Under the pieces are notes generated by a model, which made no database searches, had not been told where the DNA came from, and was given only the letters and a program-made list of their open reading frames with translations. The translations under genes were made by a program, and so were the position numbers. A stretch of 64,000 bases of DNA from Terriglobia bacterium (lineage in GTDB: Bacteria; Acidobacteriota; Terriglobia; JAIQFV01). The stretch lies in assembly GCA_020073085.1 (NCBI GenBank), contig JAIQFV010000009.1, positions 124,162-188,161 on the forward strand. Reading direction: 5' to 3'. Positions 40,705-49,779 of the stretch are shown piece after piece. Each line of letters starts with the position of its first letter. Positions within the stretch are counted from its first letter, which is position 1.

Positions 40705-42558
40705 CTAATTCTTGGAGGCGGTCCAACTCGAGCTCCCCGAACCGCAGGGTGGATTTCCCGGGCTTCCATTGAGGATAAAATTCGCCGTTCCGCTGGCTTC
40801 AGAATTTGAACTGAACGATCCACTCAGCGAGAAGCTGACGGCAAACGGGGCGCTACTCGGACTGTTGACTGAAAAAGAGTTCCCTGAGATCGCGGCGCTC
40901 ATCGAGCTCATCGTCACGGTAAATTCGCCCGAACATCCGCCACCCGAGACTGCTCCGCCAAAGCCCAACGAGGTGATCCGATTGCCTGAAACCGTGAATG
41001 AAATCGACTTCCCCTGGCTCGTACTTCCCGACCAGCTTCCGTCCTTGGAGGTCCCTCCCGAATCGGTGATCGAGAAACTGAGCGTGTTGGAAGTCCCCGC
41101 CGGCGTAGTGACCGAGACCTGGCGACTCCCCGTCGAGGCGCCCGAAGCAATCGTCAGAAGGGCGGTGACCTGGGTTGCTGTCGACTGCAGATTGCTGAGG
41201 GAGAGTCCACTGGAAGGACTGAAATTGATGGCGCTGGTGTTACTCAGGTTTGAACCGAGGATGGTCAAACTGATCGCACCGCCCCGCTGACCATTATCCG
41301 GATCGACCACTGTTATCTGTGGCTGGCTGGGGGGGGCTGAACTGGTTGGAGCGCGGACATGGAGACGGTAGCTATATGCGGAACCCCCATCATGCCAGTA
41401 GTCCGCGACTCGAAGGTAGTAGGTCCCGTCTGCCGGCAGGACCACTTGAAGGAAAGAGTCGTTCTGCCAGATCAGTCCGTTCTGGTCGTTCTCCGTAATG
41501 ATCGTTCCATCGGCCTTTTCCAACCGCAGGACGGAATCCAGAGGGGAAGAACTGGACTGGGTATCGAGGAGAGCCGTCACGGTATCCCCTTGCCGCCCTG
41601 TAAACTTGAAATAGTCGACGTCGCCCGCCGCCCCAATCGATCCGGCCACAACGTTCGGACCGCTGAGGAAGAAGGCCAGACCGGTCGAATCATTAGGTTC
41701 GGATTCAGAGATCGGACCCTGGTTCAAATAGAAGGGGGCCAAGACGGGCCCTTGATCGACGGAGACCGTGCCATAAACACTTTGATCCACCCGCAAGGCC
41801 ACCACTCCGATGCTGGTAGCCGCTGAAACACTCACGGTCCCGCTGAAATTGTCCAAGCCGGGAAACAACTTGGACTCGTTCAAGAACTGCGCCATATGCC
41901 CTCCCGCAGGCAACGAGACCACGACGGTGTTCTGGAGGGTCCCATCGTTCCGGATCAGGTTCACCACAACTTTTTGCCCGGTGGTGGGGGGCGCATCAAA
42001 GGTGGGATTGGCGAAGGCGATCCCCGTGTTGATTCCAGCCGCGGTGTTCACCTCGGCGGGAAAGGAGAAGTGAAGGAAGGGGAATTGTTGCGCCACGCCC
42101 ATTTCGGTCACCACCGAGTTGCCCTGGGCATAACGGAAAACTTCCGACCCCCGGAGCGAGATCGCGTTGGGAGCGTGGAGGAGCGCATAACCCGCTCTCA
42201 GAGATCCCGTTGAGGCGACCCGCACAGTCTGAGTCCCGCCGGGATTTAAGTTGAAACTGAAGCTCGAACCGGTCCCCAGATTGGTCTCCACACTCAGCGG
42301 AGAACCATCGTCGCTGAAAAACGACAGGGTAATGTTGCCGGCTGCGCTCGTTCCCTGGTTCGTGATGAAAAGATCACTCGACCAGCCGCCACCGCCGGTG
42401 AATTGAGGGAAAACCGCATGCCATTCGGCATGAATCGGGAATGCGATCGCCAGCAGGGCAACGCAAAAAAAGGCGACCATGGGCCACATAAAACCTTTTT
42501 CCCTGCCATTCGCTCCAGCCCTCGGCCTAAAATGTGAGATTTGATATTTGATATTCAT
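40705..42558 (-). CDS. Secreted multidomain protein with PPC (pre-peptidase C-terminal) and IPT/TIG-like domains
   Basis: Signal region, ESEPND...GDVDYFKF...ENDQ...LPADGTYYLRV (PPC), TGSRQVSVTTPAGTSN (IPT), Ser/Gly-rich tail. Confidence 0.85.
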   Translation of the reverse strand: MNIKYQISHFRPRAGANGREKGFMWPMVAFFCVALLAIAFPIHAEWHAVFPQFTGGGGWSSDLFITNQGTSAAGNITLSFFSDDGSPLSVETNLGTGSSFSFNLNPGGTQTVRVASTGSLRAGYALLHAPNAISLRGSEVFRYAQGNSVVTEMGVAQQFPFLHFSFPAEVNTAAGINTGIAFANPTFDAPPTTGQKVVVNLIRNDGTLQNTVVVSLPAGGHMAQFLNESKLFPGLDNFSGTVSVSAATSIGVVALRVDQSVYGTVSVDQGPVLAPFYLNQGPISESEPNDSTGLAFFLSGPNVVAGSIGAAGDVDYFKFTGRQGDTVTALLDTQSSSSPLDSVLRLEKADGTIITENDQNGLIWQNDSFLQVVLPADGTYYLRVADYWHDGGSAYSYRLHVRAPTSSAPPSQPQITVVDPDNGQRGGAISLTILGSNLSNTSAINFSPSSGLSLSNLQSTATQVTALLTIASGASTGSRQVSVTTPAGTSNTLSFSITDSGGTSKDGSWSGSTSQGKSISFTVSGNRITSLGFGGAVSGGGCSGEFTVTMSSMSAAISGNSFSVNSPSSAPFAVSFSLSGSFSSNSEASGTANFILNGSPGNPPCGSGSSSWTASKN

Positions 42559-42660
42559 AGAGCCCCCTTTGACCTCCTTAAATGACAATAGTCATACATA
42601 GAATTGATTTGCCGCTCTTTGGGGATGTCAAGCCACGCGGCTTAAAGCATCTGTGGTACA

Positions 42661-42677
42661 GGCAACATCCCGGCCAA
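42661..42677 (-). promoter_or_regulatory. Sigma-54 (-24/-12) promoter
   Basis: Minus strand TTGGC-CGGGATG-TTGCC has exact GG-N10-GC spacing, about 100 bp upstream of the ATG at 42558 and next to a bEBP gene. Confidence 0.7.
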
Positions 42678-42762
42678 AGCTGAGACTTTCACTGAACACC
42701 AAGCATCGCCCTTGAATTCAATGAAATGCATAGTTAAGGAGGGAGAACGGAGGGAGTCAACC

Positions 42763-42892
42763 CGTAGCAAGTCCCGCTACAGGACAAGGGCACAACTAAA
42801 CCCACTACACGGCTCGAAACCCAAGCAATCACGTGGACTGAGGACTATTTTCAATGGGGGTTCTGAGGCAAGAGTGTAGTTAGAGGTGCAAC
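42763..42892. promoter_or_regulatory. Putative enhancer (UAS) sites, GTAGC-N7-GCTAC
   Basis: GTAGC-aagtccc-GCTAC at 42764-42780 and GTAGT-tagaggt-GCAAC at 42876-42892. Confidence 0.5.
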
Positions 42893-42947
42893 GCTCTGGG
42901 GACTGGGATGGTGGGATAAAGCTGAAGAGGAAGACCTTCTCGAATCT

Positions 42948-44759
42948 TCATACCGCATTTCGTTTTGACGATTTCTGGATGATGCGATGCAGTGTAACGC
43001 GGTGCATCCCGAGTCGCCGGGCCGCCTCGGATAGGTTGCCGCCGGCCTCTTTAATCACCCGCTCGGTGTATTGACGTTCCAACTCGGCGAATCTTCGCTT
43101 GGCTTGGCGCTTTCGATTCCGCAGGTCCTCAAGATCGACGACGGGCGTTTGCAGGACGTGATGGAAAACGTCCTTGGCCAGGCTGATCCGTTGCGAAGAG
43201 ATTTGCAGGATCTCTCGAGGCAAGTCCTCCGCCGCAAGCGTGTCTGCAGTGGCGAGGGCGACCATGCGATGAATCATGTTCTCGAGTTCCCTCACATTGC
43301 CCGGAAAGGGATACTCCCGCAGCCAGTCGTAGACTTCCCTTTCGACGCTCATCGACCGGCCGTAGAGGCGAGAGAATTTTTCAAGGAAATAATCAACGAG
43401 CAACGGGATATCGTCCCGGCGCTGACGCAGGGCGGGGACATGAACGGGAATGACATTCAGGCGGTAATAGAGAGCGTCCTGGAAGTTCCCCTTCTCCACC
43501 ATCTCTTTCAAGTCCTTGCTGGTCGCGGCCACCATACGCACATCCACTCGAAGGGTCTCTTTCCCGCCCAGCCTTTGAAGTTCGCTGGATTGCAGGAAGC
43601 GCAGCAACTTGGCTTGGAGTGGATACGCCAGTTCGCCCACCTCATCGAGAAAGATCGTGCCCCCTTCCGCTTGTTCGATTCGACCGATGTATTGTTCGGA
43701 AGCCCCGGTGAAAGCCCCCTTCTCATGGCCAAACAACTCCGACTCCATCAGATTTTCAGGGATGGCCGCACAACAAATCGCGGAAAAAGGACGATCCCGG
43801 CGCGCGCTTCGATAATGAAGGGCCCGGGCCACCAGTTCCTTTCCCGACCCGCTTTCCCCCTCAATCAGGATGGTGGCCGGAGAATCCGCCAGCCGCTCAA
43901 TTACTTCTAAAAGCTTCAGAATCGATGGATCCCTGCCGACGATTTCCTTCGAGGCCCTCGCATCATCAAAGAAGACTCGGGAACTGGATTTGAAGAGAAT
44001 GGGCAGAAGGCGGTAATGCCGCAGATAGGACAGTGCCAATCGGCTGACCGGCTCGAGCAAATCCAAGTCCTCCTGATCGAAGGCGCAAGGCACGGTATTG
44101 TTTTCCAGGTAAATGGCTCCGATGGCCCGGTGGTCCTCGATGAGGGGGGCAGCCAAGACCGATTTGAGGTGGAGCCCTGCGATGCTCTCCTCTTTGGCGA
44201 AATCCGGGTGATGAGATGCATCTTCAAGAAGCAATGGCCTCGCCCGCTCAAATACCTCCCGAAGCAGGGTGCGGCTGAAGCGGTACTCCCGGAGCGCGAG
44301 GTGGGTGGTATCGAAGTGGCGCGCCGCAATAACATCGGCTTCCGTGGATTCGGGAGAATAAAAGAGGATGAACCCGCGTTCGGCGCCGACCGCCTCAATG
44401 ACCCGGTCAAGCAACAGCTCACAGAACGCGCCCAAAGATGTGGCGGAAGCATCGAGCAATGCCGTCAGCAATGTCGCGAGTCGGCTTCCGGCTTGATCGC
44501 TCCTCAACATTTCCGCTTCCTGCCGGAGAGGCTTCAGAAAATCCCGATGCGCCAGCTCTTCGAGCAGGGCAAGGCGCTGATGGAGTTTCTTGAGCTGACC
44601 ACTGAGGCTCTGCAACCGGCGATCCGCCGTATCTCCCTGCAGGGTTCTCACCGATTCCAGCAGTGCAGAAACCGAGTGTTGACAGGATCGCGTTTCCTGC
44701 TCGAGCAGTGCCCTAAATGTCTCAGTGAGATTTATGATCCGATCGGCTTGGGAGTTCAT
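42948..44759 (-). CDS. Sigma-54-dependent transcriptional activator (coiled coil, GAF, AAA+, Fis HTH)
   Basis: [40 protein letters not shown] and [11 protein letters not shown]. Confidence 0.96.
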   Translation of the reverse strand: MNSQADRIINLTETFRALLEQETRSCQHSVSALLESVRTLQGDTADRRLQSLSGQLKKLHQRLALLEELAHRDFLKPLRQEAEMLRSDQAGSRLATLLTALLDASATSLGAFCELLLDRVIEAVGAERGFILFYSPESTEADVIAARHFDTTHLALREYRFSRTLLREVFERARPLLLEDASHHPDFAKEESIAGLHLKSVLAAPLIEDHRAIGAIYLENNTVPCAFDQEDLDLLEPVSRLALSYLRHYRLLPILFKSSSRVFFDDARASKEIVGRDPSILKLLEVIERLADSPATILIEGESGSGKELVARALHYRSARRDRPFSAICCAAIPENLMESELFGHEKGAFTGASEQYIGRIEQAEGGTIFLDEVGELAYPLQAKLLRFLQSSELQRLGGKETLRVDVRMVAATSKDLKEMVEKGNFQDALYYRLNVIPVHVPALRQRRDDIPLLVDYFLEKFSRLYGRSMSVEREVYDWLREYPFPGNVRELENMIHRMVALATADTLAAEDLPREILQISSQRISLAKDVFHHVLQTPVVDLEDLRNRKRQAKRRFAELERQYTERVIKEAGGNLSEAARRLGMHRVTLHRIIQKSSKRNAV

Positions 44760-44774
44760 GGGTGGTCAAGAGCT

Positions 44775-44937
44775 TCTCAGCGGTCAGCTATCAGCGGGCA
44801 GCCATCAACAATTGCAATTCGGAAATCTCAGACCTCTTAATTGAACCCGAAATGACCTAGCCTCCTTCAATTACCACCAAACTATAACAATATGTTTACA
44901 CTCCGTTGAATGCTAATTGCTGACCGCTGACAGCTCC
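44775..44937. repeat. Heptamer-repeat hairpin element
   Basis: agcttctcagcggtcagctatcagc versus gctaattgctgaccgctgacagct. Confidence 0.75.
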
Positions 44938-44940
44938 TTT

Positions 44941-47900
44941 CTAATCCAGCCGATATCCCCACAGGGTGCGGTGTCGCGTGTAGAGGCGTAATGATTTGTC
45001 GTGTCCCCCCGCGGCCAATTGCCGACCGTCGGGGGAGAAGGCCACTGAAAGTACCGGGGCTGAATGGGTCCCGATTTGTGCTATCAGATGTCGCCGCTTT
45101 ACATCCCACAGGGAAATGGATTGGTCGTCGCCCGCGGAGGCCACTTGCCGACCATCTGGGGAGATTGCGATCGACTTGATGCGCGCCCCGTGCTGCCCCA
45201 GGATGCCGACCTGACGTAGCGGCCGGGTCTCCCAAAGCCGCACAAATCCCTGATCTTCTCCCGTCACCAGCCATTTCCCGTCCGGGGAGAAGCGTGCAGA
45301 TATCAATTGAATGCCCTTGAGATCCTCTTTTGCGACGATCTGCCAGCTTGTCGTATCCCAGATGACAAGGTACCCACGATCCGTGACGCACAGCAGCCAG
45401 CGTCCATCCTTGGAAAAATCCTCCCCGTAAATGTGGCCCAAATTCTCGGAGAAGAACAGCCTGTTTAAATCGATGACCAGCCGACCGTCGTTGGAATCGA
45501 AGACCGCCGATGAACCGCTCACCCAATGTCCGTCGGGAGAAACCTCGACGCAGTAACCGGGGAGACCGATTTCGGACTGATGTTTCAACGCCCGAAGTGG
45601 TTGGCCGCTATCGAGGCCCCAGAGAATGATGCCTCCATCCTGATCACTGGAGGCGACCCACTTCCCGTCCGGCGAAAAGGTGACCCCATCCACGCGTGTG
45701 TTATGCCCAACCAGTACGGCGACTTTCCCCCGTCTCCTGGCGTCCCAGATGATCACCGATCGGTCATCACTGGCGGAGGCGATCTGATTCCCGTCAGGCG
45801 AGAAGGCGACAGCGCGGACCGCGGCGCTGTGCTCATTCAAGTTGGCGACCCGTTCGTGCTCTGCCACATCCCACAGCAGAATCGCACCATCCCCATGCGT
45901 GGAGACCAGCCATCGTCCGTCGGGGGAAAAGGCAAGACTCCAAACGATCGCCGTGTGTTCAAAACGGGTGAGCTTTTTGTGCGTTAATGCGTCCCACAAC
46001 ACGATGTCTTCCGCCCCTGAGGCGACCCATCGTCCGTCGGGGGAGTACGCCACGGCGCGCCCATGATCATCGTGAACGTCCTCGAGGGCGACAAGCTTTC
46101 GGTGGGTCAAATCTCCTGTCAGACTCAATTCGTAAAAGGCAACCTCCCCAAGGCTCGTTACTGTGACCGCATGTCGGGCGTCGGGGGATAGCGCCGCCCA
46201 GTTTCCCGCGCGTTCGGGATGAAAACCGCTGGCCATGGGTTGACCCGTGAGGACGTCGAAAACCTCTCCCGAGGCGGCCATAAGTTGCCGGCTATCCGGC
46301 GAAAAAATCAGGGTGCCGTAACTCTGCTGCAAAGGTAACTCGCGGATCTTTTGCCACGGTCCGACGCTCCAGAGAATGGTCTGCTCTCCCGAACTCGCCA
46401 GCCATCTGCCATCGGGGGAAAAGGCAACCCCCTGCACCGGCCCGGTGTGTCCATGCAAGACAGCCGCTTTCTGAAGGCGGGTCGAGTCCCAGACCATGAC
46501 GGTCTTATCAGCCCCCCCGGTGGCGAACCAGCGTCCGTCCGGAGAGAATGCGACTGAAGTCACCCAGCCGGAATGATCCGTTAGCGTCGCAATCCGCAGT
46601 CGACGCGCAAAGTCCCAGACAATGACCTTGGAATCCTCACCACAGGAAACCAGCAAGCGTCCGTCCGGAGAAAAAGCAGCGCATCGGGCCGCCGCCTCAT
46701 GACCATCCCTCATCCGGAAGCCGTCCCACTCTTCCCGCACGGAAAGCGCCGCCGCCCCCAAAGTCGCACTCACGGCCAGAGTCACGGCCAGGACGCTCGA
46801 CTTGAAAAGTCCCAGGCGCAAGCTCCTCCGCAATAGCTCGCCTTCCCGTTTGCCCCGCTCCAGATCGGAGTGACGGCGAATGAGCAGTAGCTTGCTCAAG
46901 GGGATGCGCGTGTTTCGATCGACCGAGTAGTTGGAGAGATACTGCCGGAACAAACGGTTGGCTCGTTGTGTCGCGTCCATCACCTTGCCGGTCAACTGAT
47001 TGATCTTGTCAATGAGGTACTCGTGGGTCAACTCATACCTCCGGGAATCCTCATCCTGGATTTCACAGATCAGTCGCGACTCAACAAAGAGATTCAACAA
47101 CGGATCGACAATTCCCCGGCTCCGCTGGGTTCTTTTGACGATCTCATCGTGCGGGAGGTTCAAACGGGTGTTCTCGTCGGAAATCAAGCTGCGTAAGATG
47201 AGCGTGGCAGTCTGGTGGTCCCCCGAGGCCGCAATGACATCCTCCAGAAAGCTGAAGACCAGGGCCTCTTTTCTGCCCGCACGCCGATATTCCTCCAATG
47301 TGAAAATACGCCGGCGTTGCAACTGCTCGCCGACGATTTGGAGCTCGGAGGGTAAAACGTCGCCGTCCACGGCCAGGTCGTGCGCGATCTGCCGGCTCAA
47401 CCCGGTTTCGAAGGGCAGGTTGGCGTGTTCCACACAGGAGCTGATAATCTTTTCGGCCCGTGCCTCGTCAAAAGTGTGCAGGTGATAGAGCCTTCCACTC
47501 AATAACGGATTAGGAATACGATCGGCAAACTCCTCATTGATCCAATGGAGGAAATCGCTTCGCATGGAAAAGAGGAACTTCACGGGGAGATCGGCCGAGT
47601 GGTAGCACTCAGTAACGAAGGAGAGGAATGGCTCCCGATCCTTTTTCGCCCGGAAGTTAATGAAAAACTCTTCAAATTGATCGCAAATGATCAGGATCCC
47701 GGTGTCGAGCTCTCCAGCGATCCGGCGCAAGTAAGGGAGCGGCGGCTCAGTGGAATGGGGGGAGAGCTGGCTTCTCTTGCGGCACTCCTCCATCAGCGTC
47801 GTCAACGGGTCCTTGTAGGAACGACAGTAGATGGGAAATTGGCCTTCCTCCCACAGCTTTGGAATCAGCCCGGCTCTCAAGACCGATGTCTTCCCGCAAC

Positions 47901-49233
47901 CGGAGTCTCCGAACAATACTCCAAAGCGAAATTCGGGCTGCGAGACCCGCTCAAACAACGCGGCGGTATCCACCTCCCGACCGTGGAAGCGATCACGATC
48001 CGCCTCCTGGAACGGTAACAATCCTCTGAATGCGGCTCCCCTGGGAAGTGAAAGGATTGGCTTTCGAACCCGCCGTCGAAGGACAAGGTAGCCAATCAAG
48101 CCCAACGACGCCAAAAACAAGAACCCAAGGGCACGCCACGGCCCGTTCCGTTGAGGTTGAAAAATGAGCCAATCGATCCCCGGTGCCAGGGCCATCAGAA
48201 CGGAAAGAACCAGCAGCCCTCTGCGGGCCAAGCCTGAGAATCTTTCTTGAGCGTATGCATGCGTGCGGGGACCTTCCGCCGCAAAGTCTTCTGAAACGAT
48301 ATCAGCCAGCGGGTTTTCCAGCCCTGTCTCTTGTTGGAGCTGTTGTCTCAACTTCTTCAGGTCGAACAGCATTTCCTCGGCGGAACGGTACCGTTGGTCT
48401 CGATCTTTACTCATCGCCTTTCTGACGATGCTCTCCAACTCCAAGGGAACGTCCCTCCGAAAGGTGCTGAGCGGGGGGGCTTCCCGGGTGAGAATCGCAT
48501 GCAGGATTTCAGATGCATTTTCCCCTTCAAACGGCCTTCGGGCACTGACCGCCTGATAGATTACAACTCCCAGGGAGTAAATGTCGGTCCAGGTATTGGG
48601 TCGCTCGCCACGCGCCTGCTCCGGAGACATGAAACTGATTGTTCCGGAAATTCCATCGGCTTTGGGGGGAGGAACATCCGGTCGGGACTCGGCAGGGCGG
48701 ACATCCTTCGAGGCTGCTCCGCGATTTTCCCCCTTCATCCCCGCTGGCAGGGGCGCGGTGAGCATTGCCAGTCCGAAATCAAGGACCTTTACCCGATCCT
48801 CTCCTCCAAGCATGATGTTGGAGCTCTTCAGGTCGCAATGAACCATGCCGACGACGTGGGCTGCCTTCAAGGCTTCTGCCGTCTGGATCGCAATATTAAG
48901 GGTCCTGCCGATGTCGAGCGGTCCACTTTTCAATTCGCTGGCAAGAGTTCTTCCCTCGACATACTCCATCACAATGTAAGGCCGGCCTTCCTCCTGGCCG
49001 AATTCGTGAATGGTGGCGATGTTGGGGTGATTCAGAGCGGCTGCCCGGCGGGCTTCACTTATCAGGCCGTCTCTCGCCTCAGGGTCAGATAAACCATCCG
49101 AAGGAAGGAACTTCAGAGCGACCGTTCGCCCCAGACGCAGGTCTTCCGCCTTGTACACTTCACCCAAGCTGCCTAGACCCACGCGCTCCAGGATACGGAA
49201 ATGAGCGATCCTATGAACCATCATCATTTTCAC
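44941..49233 (-). CDS. Ser/Thr kinase - TM - nSTAND1-like NTPase - TM - WD40 repeat protein
   Basis: Kinase motifs GLGSLG, VALK, HCDLKSSN, DFG, SPEQ; NTPase motifs FRGLLPF..FHGRE, GDSGCGKTS, DQFEEFF, MRSDF; about 14 WD40 repeats (FSPDG...LWD). Confidence 0.93.
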   Translation of the reverse strand: MKMMMVHRIAHFRILERVGLGSLGEVYKAEDLRLGRTVALKFLPSDGLSDPEARDGLISEARRAAALNHPNIATIHEFGQEEGRPYIVMEYVEGRTLASELKSGPLDIGRTLNIAIQTAEALKAAHVVGMVHCDLKSSNIMLGGEDRVKVLDFGLAMLTAPLPAGMKGENRGAASKDVRPAESRPDVPPPKADGISGTISFMSPEQARGERPNTWTDIYSLGVVIYQAVSARRPFEGENASEILHAILTREAPPLSTFRRDVPLELESIVRKAMSKDRDQRYRSAEEMLFDLKKLRQQLQQETGLENPLADIVSEDFAAEGPRTHAYAQERFSGLARRGLLVLSVLMALAPGIDWLIFQPQRNGPWRALGFLFLASLGLIGYLVLRRRVRKPILSLPRGAAFRGLLPFQEADRDRFHGREVDTAALFERVSQPEFRFGVLFGDSGCGKTSVLRAGLIPKLWEEGQFPIYCRSYKDPLTTLMEECRKRSQLSPHSTEPPLPYLRRIAGELDTGILIICDQFEEFFINFRAKKDREPFLSFVTECYHSADLPVKFLFSMRSDFLHWINEEFADRIPNPLLSGRLYHLHTFDEARAEKIISSCVEHANLPFETGLSRQIAHDLAVDGDVLPSELQIVGEQLQRRRIFTLEEYRRAGRKEALVFSFLEDVIAASGDHQTATLILRSLISDENTRLNLPHDEIVKRTQRSRGIVDPLLNLFVESRLICEIQDEDSRRYELTHEYLIDKINQLTGKVMDATQRANRLFRQYLSNYSVDRNTRIPLSKLLLIRRHSDLERGKREGELLRRSLRLGLFKSSVLAVTLAVSATLGAAALSVREEWDGFRMRDGHEAAARCAAFSPDGRLLVSCGEDSKVIVWDFARRLRIATLTDHSGWVTSVAFSPDGRWFATGGADKTVMVWDSTRLQKAAVLHGHTGPVQGVAFSPDGRWLASSGEQTILWSVGPWQKIRELPLQQSYGTLIFSPDSRQLMAASGEVFDVLTGQPMASGFHPERAGNWAALSPDARHAVTVTSLGEVAFYELSLTGDLTHRKLVALEDVHDDHGRAVAYSPDGRWVASGAEDIVLWDALTHKKLTRFEHTAIVWSLAFSPDGRWLVSTHGDGAILLWDVAEHERVANLNEHSAAVRAVAFSPDGNQIASASDDRSVIIWDARRRGKVAVLVGHNTRVDGVTFSPDGKWVASSDQDGGIILWGLDSGQPLRALKHQSEIGLPGYCVEVSPDGHWVSGSSAVFDSNDGRLVIDLNRLFFSENLGHIYGEDFSKDGRWLLCVTDRGYLVIWDTTSWQIVAKEDLKGIQLISARFSPDGKWLVTGEDQGFVRLWETRPLRQVGILGQHGARIKSIAISPDGRQVASAGDDQSISLWDVKRRHLIAQIGTHSAPVLSVAFSPDGRQLAAGGHDKSLRLYTRHRTLWGYRLD

Positions 49234-49779
49234 GGGTGGTGACCTGCATTGAGATCAAGGACTTCCTTTGCGAGTAGAGAACAGCCTCCGAGATTCCTGC
49301 TAGAAGTGTAACACTGTATGCATCACTTTTGCACAAGAAGTGTGGTGTGAGCCCATTTCATCTGCTCCATCCTGCCCCAAAGAAAACCATAAGCCTCTAA
49401 CTTCGATCTCTGGTTTAGTGGATCGGGTTGACCACCATTCGAGCCACTTCAACTTGACTCCATTTCCTGCCTGTGTTCTCTTGACCCTTGGCAGTTCAAG
49501 CAAGGATTCGAGTTGCCATTCGTAACTTTTGGGAACCGGGCCTCGTCTCTAAGACCTTCACCTTCCGGCGGCTCAAACCATTACAATGGTGGATCTCTCT
49601 TACGAGGCCGGATTAGCCCTTTTACTTGAATTTCAAGAGCTCAAAATTCACGATTGATCCATCTTTCTCGATGACCCAATTCCTTCTAGGGCTTTTCGAT
49701 CAAAAGCCTTTCAAATTGCCGAACCCTTTCACCGAATGAATCCGATCCAACAGCTCTTCAATCCACGGAGGCATGACTC

